Origin: Nitrosococcus oceani ATCC 19707
Lineage (GTDB): Bacteria > Pseudomonadota > Gammaproteobacteria > Nitrosococcales > Nitrosococcaceae
Reading direction: 5' to 3'
Length of the DNA: 32,000 nucleotides
NCBI RefSeq assembly: GCF_000012805.1
Contig: NC_007484.1
Location: 2,040,001-2,072,000, forward strand
Both the position numbers and the translations under genes were made by a program. Under the pieces are notes generated by a model that did not search any database, had not been told where the DNA came from, and saw only the letters and a list, made by a program, of their open reading frames with translations. Of the stretch, positions 31,070 through 32,000 are shown in pieces. Each line of letters starts with the position of its first letter. The first letter of the stretch is position 1.

Positions 31070-32000
31070 TTAATCTTTAGTCTGTTCAAGCTGCCACCAG
31101 GCTTGGAGTACACAGGCTACCGACCAGGCTTGAGCGGGCGCCCCCCGGGGCCGATGGGGAGGCGCTCCATCGAAAATTTCGCTCACCGTGCCAAGGCCAG
31201 CGTCCAGAAGGTGATCCCCCACAGGCGCAAGCAGATTCTGGGCCGCTGCTCCATCCCCATGGACTCGATAGTGGGCCAGGGCGTAATGGCCCAACAGCCA
31301 GGCCCATACCGTCCCCTGGTGATAAGCCCCATCCCGGGCCCAAACATCCCCCTGATAGTGGGGCTGATAAGCCGGGTGGGCGGGAGAGAGGGAACGCAGT
31401 CCATAGGAGCACAGCAACTCCCGTCCACACTGGCGCACTATCCCAGCCTGGGCGGTGGCATCAAGGGGACTGTGGGGCAAACTCACCGCCAAAATCTGAT
31501 TGGGCCGGACGGCCCTATCCGCTCCTTCAGGTCCATCGATGACATCGAATAAACCCTCCCCTTCCGGCCTTATAAAACGTTGGAAGCCCCGCTGGGTCTT
31601 CCTAGCCAAGTCCCGGTAAGGTAAATCGGACTGGCCCAGTGCTTCCGCCAAGGAGGCCAGGGCCCACAAGGCATTGAACCACAAGGCATTGATCTCCACT
31701 GGCTTGCCCTGGCGGGGCGTGACCACCCATTCACCCACCTTGGCATCCATCCAGGTAAGCTGCAATCCTGGTGCCCTGATAGCAATCAACCCATCCGCCA
31801 GGTCCATGCCAATGCCATGGCGAGTCCCTTGTTGGTATTTCCGCACAATTTCTTCGAGCACCCCAAACCAGCGCTTGAGCGCCATTCGGTCATCCGTGGC
31901 CGCCACATAAGCCCGCCAGGCTTCAATAAACCAAAGGGCACCATCGGCGCTATTATATTCCGGCGTCTCGCCTTTGCCTGGAAACCAATTCGGCAATAGT
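31070..32000 (-). CDS. Glycogen debranching enzyme-type protein (amylo-alpha-1,6-glucosidase C-terminal domain); the N-terminus lies beyond the right edge
   Basis: The frame is open to the window edge. The sequence ...NSADGALWFIEAWRAYVAATDD...LTWMDAKVGEWVVTPRQGKPVEINALWFNAL...GDVWARDGAYHQGTVWAWLLGHY...APPHRPRGAPAQAWSVACVL is typical of bacterial and archaeal GDE_C-domain proteins. Confidence 0.78.
   Translation of the reverse strand, partial: LLPNWFPGKGETPEYNSADGALWFIEAWRAYVAATDDRMALKRWFGVLEEIVRKYQQGTRHGIGMDLADGLIAIRAPGLQLTWMDAKVGEWVVTPRQGKPVEINALWFNALWALASLAEALGQSDLPYRDLARKTQRGFQRFIRPEGEGLFDVIDGPEGADRAVRPNQILAVSLPHSPLDATAQAGIVRQCGRELLCSYGLRSLSPAHPAYQPHYQGDVWARDGAYHQGTVWAWLLGHYALAHYRVHGDGAAAQNLLAPVGDHLLDAGLGTVSEIFDGAPPHRPRGAPAQAWSVACVLQAWWQLEQTKD

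Overview
The window looks like a ~55-60% GC proteobacterial-type chromosome. No firm taxon call is possible from sequence alone. Almost all genes are on the minus strand.

(1) Bases 1-9505: a type I restriction-modification defence island. In transcription order it reads hsdM, hsdS, a degraded rhuM fragment, an Abi_2-family abortive-infection gene, a RhuM/Doc-like gene, and hsdR. hsdR runs off the left edge and is missing from the ORF track. hsdM is 849 codons, which is unusually long. It carries two in-frame arrays of a 36-bp hairpin repeat and an in-frame DUF559 (Vsr-like endonuclease fold) module bracketed by inverted copies of the same GC-rich element. A solo copy of the element also sits in frame inside hsdR.

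(2) Bases 9583-10488: a cN-IA-like 5'-nucleotidase gene.

(3) Bases 10776-16295: an aerobactin-type iucABCD operon at roughly 25-30% GC (hand counts). Its composition breaks coincide exactly with the operon ends. A 21-bp perfect palindrome lies in the divergent promoter shared with a high-GC membrane transporter gene.

(4) Bases 17810-25243: a tightly packed string of TonB-dependent receptor, PepSY-TM protein, T1SS ABC transporter, HlyD adaptor and a small repeats-only RTX protein. A Fur-box-like site lies upstream of the receptor gene.

(5) Bases 25341-26680: an IS graveyard. Fragments of an IS200/IS605-type tnpB on the plus strand are split by a decayed IS630-family transposase on the minus strand. 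A hairpin-rich tract follows, where a TnpB omega-RNA would lie.

(6) Bases 26682-28065: two lower-GC hypothetical envelope or secreted protein genes.

(7) Bases 28345-32000: a GH63-like glucosidase gene and a partial glycogen-debranching-type gene.

The most unusual signal is the DUF559 plus hairpin-repeat element family threaded in frame through the R-M genes. The second is the pair of toxin-like genes nested where PrrC sits in the prr locus.
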